64,000 nt of DNA from a virus (IMGVR_UViG_3300035670_012065:1687-65686); one strand, 5' to 3'; counted from the stretch's first letter, positions 10,097 to 21,553 are shown. Numbers and translations: made by a program. Notes: a model not told the origin generated them from the letters alone.

Positions 10097-11965
10097 ATGT
10101 TATTACAATCTTTTAGTTATAATTTATCTGGAATTATTCCTTATGAAAATTATATTTATGAAATAGAAAATATAAATGCTAATTGGCCAGTTAAAATATT
10201 GCCTTTAAGTGGTATTATTAATTCGCCAACAAATAATGCTACTATAGATAGCAAAATTATTTTTTGTGAAAATTTAAATTCTTGTTCCGGATATATGAGC
10301 TATAGTAATGATTTGTATCAGCTAGGAGAGGATCCTTTTATTGATTTGAGAGTAAAATTAACAGCTGATAGTTTAGACTATCCTATATATAGTGATCTTA
10401 CATCTATTGTTTGTTCGGGATGTTTTGTTGTTCCTTCTATAAATATAAATCCTAATACAATAAGTTTAGAAGATAATAATTCTACTGAATTAGCTATAAC
10501 ATTTAATAATTTAAAACCATATACAGAATATTTTTATGTTTTTAATGATGTAAATTCTAATTATCCAGTATCTTTAACGAATATTCCTAAAAGTGGTTCT
10601 TTTATATCTGATTCTACAGATAGCTATGATCTTCGAGCAAATTTAGTATTCTGTTATTATGAAGATTGTTCGTCTCCAACTTTTGGTTCTGGAAACATAC
10701 AGAAAATAGAACAACAACAATGTGAAAAATATTATAGTAATTTTAATTTGTCTTTAACCTCAAACTATTTGATTTCTTCTATCGTTAGTGATACGACAAC
10801 ATTGGAATGTGATAATTGTTTACCAAAAACAACAATTTCTACACCAACACTCGTTATCTTAAATGATGCATCTAATAAATATTCTTTAACTGGCACTTTT
10901 GATGGATTAAAACCATATAATAGATACGAATATTCTATATTATTTAAAGAAGCAAATCATAGAGTTTCTTTTAGTAATATAAGTGGTTATTTTTATACGA
11001 AAAATGAAACTAATAAAAATATTGAAACCACACTAGCGTTTTGTGAAAGTTCAGGACTGTGCGAATATGATAATAATTTAGGAGATATTATAGATTATGA
11101 TTGTGTAAAGAAAAAGTTTATAGAATTTAGTATACAATTAGACTCTGATTGTTTAGACAATAGTATTATGGGAGATATGGTAAGAGTTGATTGTGATAAC
11201 TGTTTGCCAATGGTGAGTGTATCCCTACCAACAAGTATTAATACTTTAACATCAACAAATTTAATATCAATAACAGGTCTAGTTTCAGGACTTAAACCTT
11301 TTCAAAGCTATAGTTATTATTTTACAGGAGATAACAACTGGCCAATTGTATTAGATAATATCTCTGGTTCTTTTACTCCTAAAACAACTAGCTCAAGTAT
11401 AGTTACTAAGCTTTTATTTTGTTCTCCATCAGGATCTTGTTCTAATGAAAACGGATTATTATCATATCAGCCTAGCACACCAGCACAAAAAGCAATAAAT
11501 AATAATTTCTTATATGGGAAATTAAAACTTAATGTTAAATCATTAAATTGTAGCGATATAGAATACTCAAGTAATACATACAATATAAATTGTGACGACT
11601 GCTTACCATGTTTAACTTATGCTAATGCTGTTATTAGCGGATCTCCAACAATCATATTAGACGATGGATGTTGTGTTGGACAACAGTTATTAACTGTTAA
11701 TATAACTAATGCTATTCCCGGAGATCAGTATATTTACGAATTTAGTACTAGTAGTGGGGTTGGAATAAATAGTATAGTATTTAATCCAGTTTCTGGAGAA
11801 ATGTATTTTGGTAGCGGTGGGGCTGGAACAATTAATACTATTTGTAGCGTTGATCTTGCTGATTATTCCCAAACATTAATTAATTTTGAATTAACTAATA
11901 CAAATACTAATTTTAAAGTTTTCGATACTGTTGGTTTAGTGTGTAATACAGGATCCTGCTATTAG
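10097..11965 (+). CDS. Cys-rich repeat-domain protein (4-5 repeats)
   Basis: NWPVKILPLSG, NYPVSLTNIPKSG, NHRVSFSNISG, NWPIVLDNISG plus a degenerate fifth copy. Repeats end CSGCF, CDNCL, CDNCL, CDDCL. Confidence 0.6.
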   Translation: MLLQSFSYNLSGIIPYENYIYEIENINANWPVKILPLSGIINSPTNNATIDSKIIFCENLNSCSGYMSYSNDLYQLGEDPFIDLRVKLTADSLDYPIYSDLTSIVCSGCFVVPSININPNTISLEDNNSTELAITFNNLKPYTEYFYVFNDVNSNYPVSLTNIPKSGSFISDSTDSYDLRANLVFCYYEDCSSPTFGSGNIQKIEQQQCEKYYSNFNLSLTSNYLISSIVSDTTTLECDNCLPKTTISTPTLVILNDASNKYSLTGTFDGLKPYNRYEYSILFKEANHRVSFSNISGYFYTKNETNKNIETTLAFCESSGLCEYDNNLGDIIDYDCVKKKFIEFSIQLDSDCLDNSIMGDMVRVDCDNCLPMVSVSLPTSINTLTSTNLISITGLVSGLKPFQSYSYYFTGDNNWPIVLDNISGSFTPKTTSSSIVTKLLFCSPSGSCSNENGLLSYQPSTPAQKAINNNFLYGKLKLNVKSLNCSDIEYSSNTYNINCDDCLPCLTYANAVISGSPTIILDDGCCVGQQLLTVNITNAIPGDQYIYEFSTSSGVGINSIVFNPVSGEMYFGSGGAGTINTICSVDLADYSQTLINFELTNTNTNFKVFDTVGLVCNTGSCY

Positions 11966-11975
11966 GACAAAACTG

Positions 11976-13589
11976 ATGAGTGAAAATGCATTATATACAA
12001 CAGATGTTATTAAAGCTCAATTACAGGACTTAGTAGTTTGTCATGACTATAGAGTTTTTTATAAGTTGCATTACTCTAATAAAAATTTTACTGCTTATTT
12101 GGACAAAGAAACTCTAGATTTTACAGCTAATAACACTATTCAAAATATTTTTGTGGTTTTGACTAAAGATGTTAATATTAAAAATGTTTTGTTAGAAATT
12201 AAAGCTATAGATCTAACAAATGGATCAGCTCTAATCCATAGTAGTTTTGTTAATTGTGATAATTTTGATAAGTGTGAGAATCCTTATCCAAGCCCAACCC
12301 CGAGTAATACTGTGACTCCAACCAATAGTGTTACCCCCACTGTTACACCGACCAACACCGTAACACCATCGGTCTCACCAACTAACACAGTTACCGCAAG
12401 TGTAACACCAACTATAACCCCAACAAATACCGTAACTCCGTCGGTTTCTCCAACAAATACCGTAACTCCGTCGGTTTCTCCAACAAATACCGTAACTCCG
12501 TCGGTTTCTCCAACAAATACTGTCACCCCAACCGTAACACCAACAATAACTCCTACCAAGAGCATAACACCAACTAATACAAGAACTCCTACCGTTACTC
12601 CTAGTATTAGTGTTTCTAGGACTCCTACTAGAACTCCGACACCAACCCCAACTAGCTTTGTTTCCAGACAATTTAGATCGATAGGAATTAACTCTTCTGG
12701 ATCTCATATGATGGCTACAGAAATAACAAGCTTTGGAGCTACCCTGTATAAGTTTTGGGCGTCAACAGATTTTGGAGCCACTTGGTCTTTAAGGTCTGGT
12801 ACAATATATAGCGAGTATGTGGAATTTTTTGGTTCTGAATTTTTTGGATCATCACTACTATCATTTTCTGGAATATCAACTATAAATTTAGTTAGCACAT
12901 ATAATCTGTCGGATTCTAGAAAGTTTTATTTTAGCGATGATAATAATAGCAGTCTAGCAGAAAGAGCATTTGCTGATCGTTTTCAAGATGTTTCTGGTAG
13001 TTCAGATTTATCTAAATTGATTACTTGTGTTCCTAATGGTTTTATATATACTAGTACAAATACCGGTGTCACTTGGACACTAAGAGATAACAATCGAAAT
13101 TGGATTAGTGTTGCTAGTAATAATGATGGTACAAAATATATAGCAGCTGTAGATAATGGTTATTTATATATTAGCAACGATGGCGGTGTGTCGTGGTCAT
13201 TAACTAATAGTATAAGAAATTGGAAAAAGGTAGCTAGCAGCTTTGATGGTAATATTTTAGCGGCAGTAGCCAGTAATGATAATATCTATATTAGCAATGA
13301 CGGCGGTACTAGCTGGACATCAAGAGAGTCACAAAGAGCTTGGGGTGATATTGCTATGAATAATAGTGGCGTAGTTATTGCAGCAATACCTTCTACCGCC
13401 TCCGGAGTTTCTGCGCAAATATATATTAGTACTAATAGTGGGACCTCTTGGACAGCAAGAGGACCAACAAAAACTTGGCGCGGTATAAAAGTATCTAGAA
13501 GTTCCTCAACAACACATATGTTAGCATACACAAAAGACGAAATATATATATCGAATGACGATGGGACAACATGGACCAGAAAACTTTAA
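11976..13589 (+). CDS. Receptor-binding-like protein: Thr/Pro-rich linker plus BNR/Asp-box beta-propeller
   Basis: About 120-aa (TPTNTV/TPSVSP)n linker, then Asp-boxes STDFGATW, STNTGVTW, SNDGGVSW, SNDGGTSW, STNSGTSW, SNDDGTTW. Confidence 0.75.
   Translation: MSENALYTTDVIKAQLQDLVVCHDYRVFYKLHYSNKNFTAYLDKETLDFTANNTIQNIFVVLTKDVNIKNVLLEIKAIDLTNGSALIHSSFVNCDNFDKCENPYPSPTPSNTVTPTNSVTPTVTPTNTVTPSVSPTNTVTASVTPTITPTNTVTPSVSPTNTVTPSVSPTNTVTPSVSPTNTVTPTVTPTITPTKSITPTNTRTPTVTPSISVSRTPTRTPTPTPTSFVSRQFRSIGINSSGSHMMATEITSFGATLYKFWASTDFGATWSLRSGTIYSEYVEFFGSEFFGSSLLSFSGISTINLVSTYNLSDSRKFYFSDDNNSSLAERAFADRFQDVSGSSDLSKLITCVPNGFIYTSTNTGVTWTLRDNNRNWISVASNNDGTKYIAAVDNGYLYISNDGGVSWSLTNSIRNWKKVASSFDGNILAAVASNDNIYISNDGGTSWTSRESQRAWGDIAMNNSGVVIAAIPSTASGVSAQIYISTNSGTSWTARGPTKTWRGIKVSRSSSTTHMLAYTKDEIYISNDDGTTWTRKL
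12421..12520 (+). repeat. Perfect 30-bp tandem repeat x3.3 encoding PTNTVTPSVS
   Basis: CAACAAATACCGTAACTCCGTCGGTTTCTC occurs exactly at 12421, 12451 and 12481, plus 10 bp at 12511. Confidence 0.95.
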
Positions 13590-13598
13590 TTTAAAGAT

Positions 13599-15563
13599 AT
13601 GATTTATAATCAATTAAATTTACAGAATCAGGATTTTGTTAATCAGAGTATAGGGAACTCTCCAAAAATTATTGTAGAATACAATGGAACAGGTATTCAT
13701 ACCATAACAGGTCCTGTTCCTGTTGTTGATATAAGCTATAGTTTTAATAACAATAACAATAATTTACCAGAAAATATTACTACTAGTATTAATTTAAATG
13801 GTAAAATTTTAAGACACCCAGAAGCTGGAAATATAGTTGGTGTTGATAGCAATATGAGTATGCCAGGATTTAGTGGTATAATAGCAGGAGTTAGTGGATT
13901 AAAAACATTATTTAACAGTTGTCCATATGGTACTCTAAAATTTAGATGCGACAATAATACTTTATATGAGATCAGTGGACTAAGAGTTACTAATATACAA
14001 TTTAATAACACCGAAGACAATTGGGTTCAAACAGCAGATTATAGCATTTCCCTTGAGGTTACTAATAGTTTGTTTAGCGGAACCGGATCAGATCTTATAG
14101 AGCAATATGTCACTGATCGGTCTGATACCTGGAACATAGAACCTGTTGATGATGCTACCTATGTTAATTTTAATAGATCGGTAACTAATAAGTTTGAATA
14201 CAGCAATCCAAAACTGAATAGAATTAATCAGACACCAACCAATACTGTTACAGAAAATAATGATCTTAAAATTATTAATATTCCTCAATTTAGAATAACA
14301 CGAAGATTATCGGCGAAAGGACTATTGCCCGATAAAAACCAAATCTGTCGATCAGAGCTATATAACGAAAATACAAAACCATATGTTTTTGCCAAAACAT
14401 GGGTAGAGAATATGAGCAAAAAGGGATTCAGAACAAATTCCTCTGCTCCAGACAATAGTTCTCCTTATTTTAAAAATCCATTTGATCAAAATTTATTTGC
14501 TTTTAATCATAATCGAACAATTAATATTGATATTTTTAATGGATCGTACGAAATTAATGATACTTGGCTAGCTATGCCTAGTGGTATTCCTTATACAGAA
14601 ACATATAGTGTTGAAACATCCAGTGGAGAAGATTATGTAAAAACTGTTAGGATTCAGGGTAATATTATTGGTCTATCTATTACAAATCAGGGATTGATGA
14701 CAAATAGCGGAGTTCTTCCAACTGGTACTGGTAACAATGGGGTTATCGATGGTCAACTTAAATTAGATAGTTATAATACTAACAACCAAATTAATAGCAC
14801 ATCCTACGGAACCCTTGATTCTGCTACCCCAGGAAATAATGCACCTCCTCAACAAACTATAACATCAGAAAAATATAATAATGCTTTAAATGCCTGGACC
14901 AATCATATTAAGCCATATTTATATAGAAGAGCTAGTTTGGTATTAAATAGTTCGGATAGAACATTAGACTATATACCACCATATGCAGTAAATCCGCCTT
15001 TAGCCCCAAACAATCCTATATATAGCAGAGAAACATTATTAAGTACTATTCCCGTTGGGACAAGTGAAGGACATGATCCTAGGAAGGGAACAATAAGTTA
15101 TAGTTATGAATATACTAATAGGCTCACTATAATTAGTGGTGTTATTACGGAAAATATTAATGTAAATTATGAAAACCCAACGGATAGTACTAGCGAAATA
15201 CAAATAATAGGTCGTGCTCTAGGCCCAGTTATTCAAAGAACTGGTAGATCGAATCCCAAAAAAACCATAAGCATAGAAATAGGTATTCCTCCAGTAACTA
15301 GTATTTCCAACATGTCAATAAACAGCACGACGTGCCCCCTGCATAAAAGTGGATATTTATTTCAAACAATAGAAAAAATTATAGAAGCACATAGACCATA
15401 TTCTCCTAGTACATTTTTTCCTAATGAGCCTATTCAAACAGAGGGTTTGGTGTATACATCTAGCGATAGTGAGCAATGGAGTCCAACAACAGGAAAATAT
15501 TCTCGTAATGTTAGCTGGATATATCAGCAGGCTAATTTAGGAAGAGATTTTAGAGACCATTAA
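13599..15563 (+). CDS. Hypothetical structural protein (tail/baseplate region)
   Basis: 654-aa beta-rich ORF within the co-oriented virion block; no family recognised. Confidence 0.5.
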   Translation: MIYNQLNLQNQDFVNQSIGNSPKIIVEYNGTGIHTITGPVPVVDISYSFNNNNNNLPENITTSINLNGKILRHPEAGNIVGVDSNMSMPGFSGIIAGVSGLKTLFNSCPYGTLKFRCDNNTLYEISGLRVTNIQFNNTEDNWVQTADYSISLEVTNSLFSGTGSDLIEQYVTDRSDTWNIEPVDDATYVNFNRSVTNKFEYSNPKLNRINQTPTNTVTENNDLKIINIPQFRITRRLSAKGLLPDKNQICRSELYNENTKPYVFAKTWVENMSKKGFRTNSSAPDNSSPYFKNPFDQNLFAFNHNRTINIDIFNGSYEINDTWLAMPSGIPYTETYSVETSSGEDYVKTVRIQGNIIGLSITNQGLMTNSGVLPTGTGNNGVIDGQLKLDSYNTNNQINSTSYGTLDSATPGNNAPPQQTITSEKYNNALNAWTNHIKPYLYRRASLVLNSSDRTLDYIPPYAVNPPLAPNNPIYSRETLLSTIPVGTSEGHDPRKGTISYSYEYTNRLTIISGVITENINVNYENPTDSTSEIQIIGRALGPVIQRTGRSNPKKTISIEIGIPPVTSISNMSINSTTCPLHKSGYLFQTIEKIIEAHRPYSPSTFFPNEPIQTEGLVYTSSDSEQWSPTTGKYSRNVSWIYQQANLGRDFRDH

Positions 15564-15565
15564 TT

Positions 15566-18500
15566 ATGCGAATTGTAGGACAAACATTATTTTTAGGCGC
15601 TAGCGTAATTAGTTTTAGCACTAATATAGGATGGGGAGGTAATAATAGTTCTTTAACAGTAGAACTGATGGAGGACGTTCAGCCTTTTGGTAAAGTTCCT
15701 TTTAGGAAATTTTATCAAAACCAACCAGCAGATTATGGACATCTTCCTTTGCCGGATGAACCAGGAATATCTCCGTTGCCTAGTGGTCATAGTGGAAATA
15801 CTAATCTAGGTCGAAATTTTTATGATATTCCACATTACAATAATAATTTATCTTATTTGCCTAATCATTACTATGAATGCTCTGGTGATGATTGTTATGT
15901 CGATGAATTAGGAAATGTTTATAATCCTAATAGAACCAAAGACGATGGTACTCCTGATCCACCAAAAGAAAGAAATATTCCTGGTAAAATATATTACGAA
16001 TGGATAAATAACAAATTTGTTTCTAGATATTGGGTGTGGGAGGATCCAGGATTTTTTGCAACAGGTACTAGGGTACAGCCGGATGGTACAGTATCTATGG
16101 ACGCCGGTCATAATGCACGACCTCTTAATACACCCGGTGGTTTATGGACCTACGATATTATTAATACTCCAGTATATTTTAAGTTTGATAATTTTGAATT
16201 TATAGGATTGGTTAAAAGTTGGGAAAGAAATAATAGACCAGGAGGTATCACATACAGTGTTACAATAGAAGGTTTTGATGAATTGTTGGATAATTGTCAT
16301 TTAATTTTACAATCTTTTAATGGAGCGATTTTCAATATAAACTCGTCCGCATTACAAGATATTCTTGATGATTTAGGAGATGCCAATATAGTATCTACCA
16401 GCAATCTATTGAATAACAATCAAATCGGTGGGCCTATTAATTTTCCAGCACCAACAGGAATAGCTACAACAAATAATTTTGACGAAAAAATTAAACGAGG
16501 AAATTTACCCAATATTTTTAATGTTTTTGGATTTTTAGAAAGCATGGGTAGTAATGGTTTTGGTGGATCAAAATTAAATAGCGAAGGATTAAGAGCTAGT
16601 GATATTATTGATGCTACGCATGTATTAACTTCCAGTGAAAATTTTGATAATAGAGCCTTGGATAAGGCGTTTTCTCCTTTTGGTAGAATTATTACAAAAA
16701 ATATTTCTAATGCTAGAAATTTTAGTGTCTGTAGAGATTTGAAGTCTTTTGGCATTATCTGTTCTAACGGACCAGTAAGAAAACCAATAAATCCAGCACA
16801 AAACTATAATAGTTTTAGATTAGATTTAAGTAGTCTACCAAGGCCACCTGACAGTTATCGCATTCAGGGAAATCCTAGTTTAAGTATAACTTCTTTAATA
16901 AGACAAATATCTGATGATACTGGTGTTGATTTTTTATCTGTTGTTGTCCCAATACATGAAAATGGATTCACCGACTTTGTTATAAAAATACTTACAGTAG
17001 ATAGAACAAACTATAATCCTTTATATCAAATACCACAGGTTGTTACTACCTTAGAACGAAATAATTTTTCTGTTGAAAATAGTAGTTTTGGGCAAGAAAA
17101 AAATAATAATTATATTAGGAAATTAATTTTTGGAGGTAATCAACAAAGATTATATCAGGTTAAAAACTATAGATTATCATATAGTCAAACTAATTTAGTA
17201 TATAATTCTATCACTAAACAATTTGTTAATTTGTCTTCTAATTTAAGTAAAAATAAAGTAAATAAAATTCGTAATCCTGAATTATCTTCAACTAGAAATA
17301 AAATTTTATCAGATTTTGTTAATCGTCAAGAAAGCGATATTTTTCTAAGAGATGATGAAGATAAAAATATAAGATTTAGCACAACAATAACCAACTGGTC
17401 GGATACAGAACTAGGTCGGGTAGAAGATATAGTTCGTGGAAATTATAAAGACACAATATTACAATTGGATACCTCAACAAATTCACCAAGATATATATCT
17501 TTGTTAAACGATGTTATTAGTCCTTATTTTGGATTAAAAAGTGAAACAAAAGTTCCAATAGGCGATGATACAAATGAATTTAGATCTCCCAGACCGGTCC
17601 TACTAGACACTTGGACCAATCAAATAACCATAGTTTTTGATATTGATGAATTGCCTATTTTATCTATTGGTGAACCACTAAGCTTATATAATCCTCAGTT
17701 ATTTACACAACAAACAGGGGTTGGTCAGCTCGGAGAGGGATTAGCCGGTACTTCCTCTAGCATAACCTCTAATCAAACACCTACTCCTAATCCAACAGAT
17801 TTTGGAGGACCTGCTTCTAGCGGTATTAATCCTACTAGAACATTATCTTATACATATGCTGGGTTTACAATCAAAGAAACTGAATTAAGATGTCCTAATT
17901 TTGATAGTTATTTAACATATTGTTTAGGAAAATCTATTTATAGTAAACCAGACTTGTTTGTAATGTTAACAAATGCTTATAAAGATAAAGGTATTTTTAT
18001 ATCTGCTCCTTCTGGATCTCCATCTGTTGTTCCAGGAGATGGTTTGGCTGGAGTGGGCGGAAATTTAACATCAAACGCAAATGTCTCACAAAACGGAATA
18101 CCTTCAAGTCCCATCCCTGGACTAAGAACAAAAATGGATATGAATTGGGATATATATTTAAATCACAATTTTATTAAAGATCTACAAATATTATTCAATT
18201 TTATCAAAAATATAAGCGATACATATTATGGTAAAAAATATGCAGTAAAAGCCCCTGCTTTATATTCCTACAAAGATACACAGTATGCTAATGCTCAGAT
18301 ACCATCAACTCTTGGCAACATATCTATTTTTCAAGGTAGTAACGAAATTTTTTACGATTACGAAACTGTAGACGGGGCCTGGGAAGAATATGGGAATTAT
18401 ATTGATGATAGTATAGTGTGTGGAGATGCTAATTGGCATGTATTAAGAAATGATCAGGGTCTGATACCAACCATTTTAGGATATAATAGTAGTTCCAATA

Positions 18501-21500
18501 TAGATGATCTTACTAGATTTTGGTGTCAGCTATCTTTAGAAGAAAAAACACAATCTTTACAATTCATTATAGATCCACAGTTAAGTTCCAGAGTATTTAT
18601 GGCTAGTACCCCCTTTGCAAGTTCTGAGCAAAGAGCGAAACAAACTCGCCAGATTGCTAAATTAAGGGCTGAAACATTACGAAGATTAGCTAGAGAAAAT
18701 TTCGATTGCGTTGATCCTAATAAAATTATGATTCCGTCTTTAGATATTTCTAGTTTGGATCCTGGTTCATATGTAATAATAAATAAAAATATACCAAATA
18801 ACGATAGTTTTGGAAGAATAACAACCTCGTCCAAACTATACACCAAGTCTAATTCTGATAAAATTGTTTTTTTAAATCCTGTTCGTTTATCTGATCCTAG
18901 AATTATTGTAGATGCCCCAGGAATAAACTTGGCAAATGCTAGTTATAGCTATACAACTGATCCAAATTTATCCGTTATTACTAACATAGCTATTGAAGAT
19001 TATTGCATATTAGCCAATATGAATAATTTTATCTTAGGAAATTCTAATAGCGTTGACAGAAGATTGTCAAATTCCATACCCAGCAAAGAATTGCAATATT
19101 TAGAATATTTGCTAAGTTTTGTGACACCGCTATCTACAGATGTAAGAAGACTTGTTGCTCAGGGACCATCTATTAATAGTTCTCCTGTTAATGAATCTAT
19201 TAATCCCAAAATGGCAATTCCATTTTTTATAGGCGTTCCTATAAAAAGTAATAGAACAGTATACGGACCTTGGACCAATTATCCTGGATTGGTTATGAAT
19301 CAGAATTTAGCAGATAATTTAATTGGGAATATAAAGATAGAACAAAATAGTGATTACGTTCCTTGGAATTATGGAGGAATGTCATATTTAGATAAAATTA
19401 TTTCATATAGTATGAATGTTGATGTTAATTATCAAAATATTATAGAAAATGGTCGTGTTTCCATATTAGGTCCGCCTATTTTTGGTATAGGAGGAGTATT
19501 TTCATATGAGAGATTTTCTGTATTAGGTTCTTATCGTACAAATAATGGTTTTGTTGTATATGATAATAATTATTATGAAAATCAAAATGATAATATTATT
19601 TTTATAGATGCTAATAGTACAAATAATCCCATATCGTCTTATAGAATTAAAAGGCTAAAACAAGAAACTTATGGGTCAAGTGCTTTAATAAGCAATATTA
19701 GTATTCAAACATCTAGCGAAGGAATAAAAACAACATATAGTTTTCAAACATACAATCCCAAAACAGGACTATTTAATAAACAGATTAGTGACAATATTAA
19801 AAAACAAAATGATCAACTATTAAAATTTAATAAATTATTTTTTGATAAAACAAACTTAGTATCTAATAAAGATATAAAAAATATCACTTCTATATTAGAA
19901 ACCGCAAAAACATCAAGAGAACCATATAGTATAAGCAAAAATGCTACTAAGCTTTTTGGAACAAGTCCAGTTGAATTAATAATAGGGCAAGCTACCGAGT
20001 TTGTTCCAATACCATCAGGTAATTTTAGCATAGAATCGTTCAATAATTTGAAAAGACATCATCATTGGGCTGGGATTATTCCGGCTAATGAGATTGGATC
20101 TGAGCTTATTAATGATTATGATAGCAAATCGGCTATGAGTTTAGATGGTATATTATCTCCAATTTCTTTTTATCCAACAAGGTTGAATACCACATATGGT
20201 ATAAGCGATCATTCTATAAAAAGTTCCGGTTCTATTGTTCCCATATGTCCAAGATGCGGAAATACTAGAAAAATAAACGCCAAATTTGTGGATTACAACT
20301 CAGACAGTAGAGCTGATACAGAAATAGAACTAGCATGTCCAGTTTGTTCAAAATCACAATTTAAGATTCTAAAAGAAGATAAAAATCCCAATAGGGAAAC
20401 TGGTTTTCCAGATATTAACATTTATAGTTTAAATCCAATTGTTGTTTCTCAGGGTGAATTTAAAAATCCTTATGCTGTTTCTGGAGATATTCCTAAACAC
20501 TCTATTATGGCTTTAGGAAGAGGTATTAATTTACCAACAGATAATAATAATTTTTTGTTATCAATTAATAATAATTCTTCCGATTATTCTGAGTTTGATG
20601 GTTCTACATTAAGTAATAATTCTGGCATATTAATGAATCAAAGATTTTTTGCCATGAGAGGCCCGTTGATGCTACACGGTTGGGGTTTTGACACTGATGG
20701 ATATCCAGTACCGAATGCTACAGGACAACCGTACTCTATAGACCAATACAATAGACCATTAAGATTTGTTCTTAACACAGGAAATATGACCAATGATCTT
20801 TCCAAGCAGGGCCAATACATACCATCCGAAACAAATCCTAGGCTTGGAGATATAATTACTAAAGACTATAATTTTAGTGGTAATACATGGAGGAAAAATT
20901 CTAATAAAAAATCAAAATTTTTCCATCCCAAGTGGGCAGAAAGACCGGACTTATGGCCAATAGGCCCAATAGATTTGAGATGGGATAATAATAGAAAAGT
21001 ATGGGACGCTAGTGGAGGATGCAAAGAAGAAATACTTCCTCCTTTTATAGTAAGTAACAAGAATGATATTAGTACATTGCAAGAATTTTTAAATAACAGA
21101 ACAGAAAATAAGTGCCCATATAGAAATGTTTATATAACATTAGAGAACGATATGATAAAAGAAGATGACTATGATAGTACATATTCTACAAGAGGATTTA
21201 TTGATGATGTAGAATACAATAAAGAACCATTGCAAAATGGATATCGAAGATTAGTATATGTAGTAGATAAAACAGGATATACTGCTCCTAAAGGGACAAA
21301 GCTTTTGTGCAGATACGATAGATTAAGTGGTTTTTATGAACCTCTAAGCAAACCTTCTGTAACAGCAGTAGGTCGTATTGGAAGCTCCAATTCCGCCAGA
21401 ATAACAGGTCATTATATACAAGGACGTCGTGCTGGAATATCTCCAAATTTTGTTGTAACTTATGATAATCCTTTGGGACTAAATATAACATCAGGAAATA

Positions 21501-21553
21501 ATGGAATTTTTATCTTTATAAATGGAAAATGGACATTGTCCGCTACTAAATGA
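15566..21553 (+). CDS. Very large hypothetical virion protein (1995 aa; baseplate hub/tail tip-like by position)
   Basis: Long uninterrupted ORF 2 nt after the previous stop. Internal Zn-ribbon-like CPRCG...CPVC. Function inferred from context only. Confidence 0.5.
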   Translation: MRIVGQTLFLGASVISFSTNIGWGGNNSSLTVELMEDVQPFGKVPFRKFYQNQPADYGHLPLPDEPGISPLPSGHSGNTNLGRNFYDIPHYNNNLSYLPNHYYECSGDDCYVDELGNVYNPNRTKDDGTPDPPKERNIPGKIYYEWINNKFVSRYWVWEDPGFFATGTRVQPDGTVSMDAGHNARPLNTPGGLWTYDIINTPVYFKFDNFEFIGLVKSWERNNRPGGITYSVTIEGFDELLDNCHLILQSFNGAIFNINSSALQDILDDLGDANIVSTSNLLNNNQIGGPINFPAPTGIATTNNFDEKIKRGNLPNIFNVFGFLESMGSNGFGGSKLNSEGLRASDIIDATHVLTSSENFDNRALDKAFSPFGRIITKNISNARNFSVCRDLKSFGIICSNGPVRKPINPAQNYNSFRLDLSSLPRPPDSYRIQGNPSLSITSLIRQISDDTGVDFLSVVVPIHENGFTDFVIKILTVDRTNYNPLYQIPQVVTTLERNNFSVENSSFGQEKNNNYIRKLIFGGNQQRLYQVKNYRLSYSQTNLVYNSITKQFVNLSSNLSKNKVNKIRNPELSSTRNKILSDFVNRQESDIFLRDDEDKNIRFSTTITNWSDTELGRVEDIVRGNYKDTILQLDTSTNSPRYISLLNDVISPYFGLKSETKVPIGDDTNEFRSPRPVLLDTWTNQITIVFDIDELPILSIGEPLSLYNPQLFTQQTGVGQLGEGLAGTSSSITSNQTPTPNPTDFGGPASSGINPTRTLSYTYAGFTIKETELRCPNFDSYLTYCLGKSIYSKPDLFVMLTNAYKDKGIFISAPSGSPSVVPGDGLAGVGGNLTSNANVSQNGIPSSPIPGLRTKMDMNWDIYLNHNFIKDLQILFNFIKNISDTYYGKKYAVKAPALYSYKDTQYANAQIPSTLGNISIFQGSNEIFYDYETVDGAWEEYGNYIDDSIVCGDANWHVLRNDQGLIPTILGYNSSSNIDDLTRFWCQLSLEEKTQSLQFIIDPQLSSRVFMASTPFASSEQRAKQTRQIAKLRAETLRRLARENFDCVDPNKIMIPSLDISSLDPGSYVIINKNIPNNDSFGRITTSSKLYTKSNSDKIVFLNPVRLSDPRIIVDAPGINLANASYSYTTDPNLSVITNIAIEDYCILANMNNFILGNSNSVDRRLSNSIPSKELQYLEYLLSFVTPLSTDVRRLVAQGPSINSSPVNESINPKMAIPFFIGVPIKSNRTVYGPWTNYPGLVMNQNLADNLIGNIKIEQNSDYVPWNYGGMSYLDKIISYSMNVDVNYQNIIENGRVSILGPPIFGIGGVFSYERFSVLGSYRTNNGFVVYDNNYYENQNDNIIFIDANSTNNPISSYRIKRLKQETYGSSALISNISIQTSSEGIKTTYSFQTYNPKTGLFNKQISDNIKKQNDQLLKFNKLFFDKTNLVSNKDIKNITSILETAKTSREPYSISKNATKLFGTSPVELIIGQATEFVPIPSGNFSIESFNNLKRHHHWAGIIPANEIGSELINDYDSKSAMSLDGILSPISFYPTRLNTTYGISDHSIKSSGSIVPICPRCGNTRKINAKFVDYNSDSRADTEIELACPVCSKSQFKILKEDKNPNRETGFPDINIYSLNPIVVSQGEFKNPYAVSGDIPKHSIMALGRGINLPTDNNNFLLSINNNSSDYSEFDGSTLSNNSGILMNQRFFAMRGPLMLHGWGFDTDGYPVPNATGQPYSIDQYNRPLRFVLNTGNMTNDLSKQGQYIPSETNPRLGDIITKDYNFSGNTWRKNSNKKSKFFHPKWAERPDLWPIGPIDLRWDNNRKVWDASGGCKEEILPPFIVSNKNDISTLQEFLNNRTENKCPYRNVYITLENDMIKEDDYDSTYSTRGFIDDVEYNKEPLQNGYRRLVYVVDKTGYTAPKGTKLLCRYDRLSGFYEPLSKPSVTAVGRIGSSNSARITGHYIQGRRAGISPNFVVTYDNPLGLNITSGNNGIFIFINGKWTLSATK

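Noticed and set aside
12421-12520. CRISPR-like array
   Set aside because: The 30-bp units are directly adjacent with no spacers and are in-frame coding repeats.
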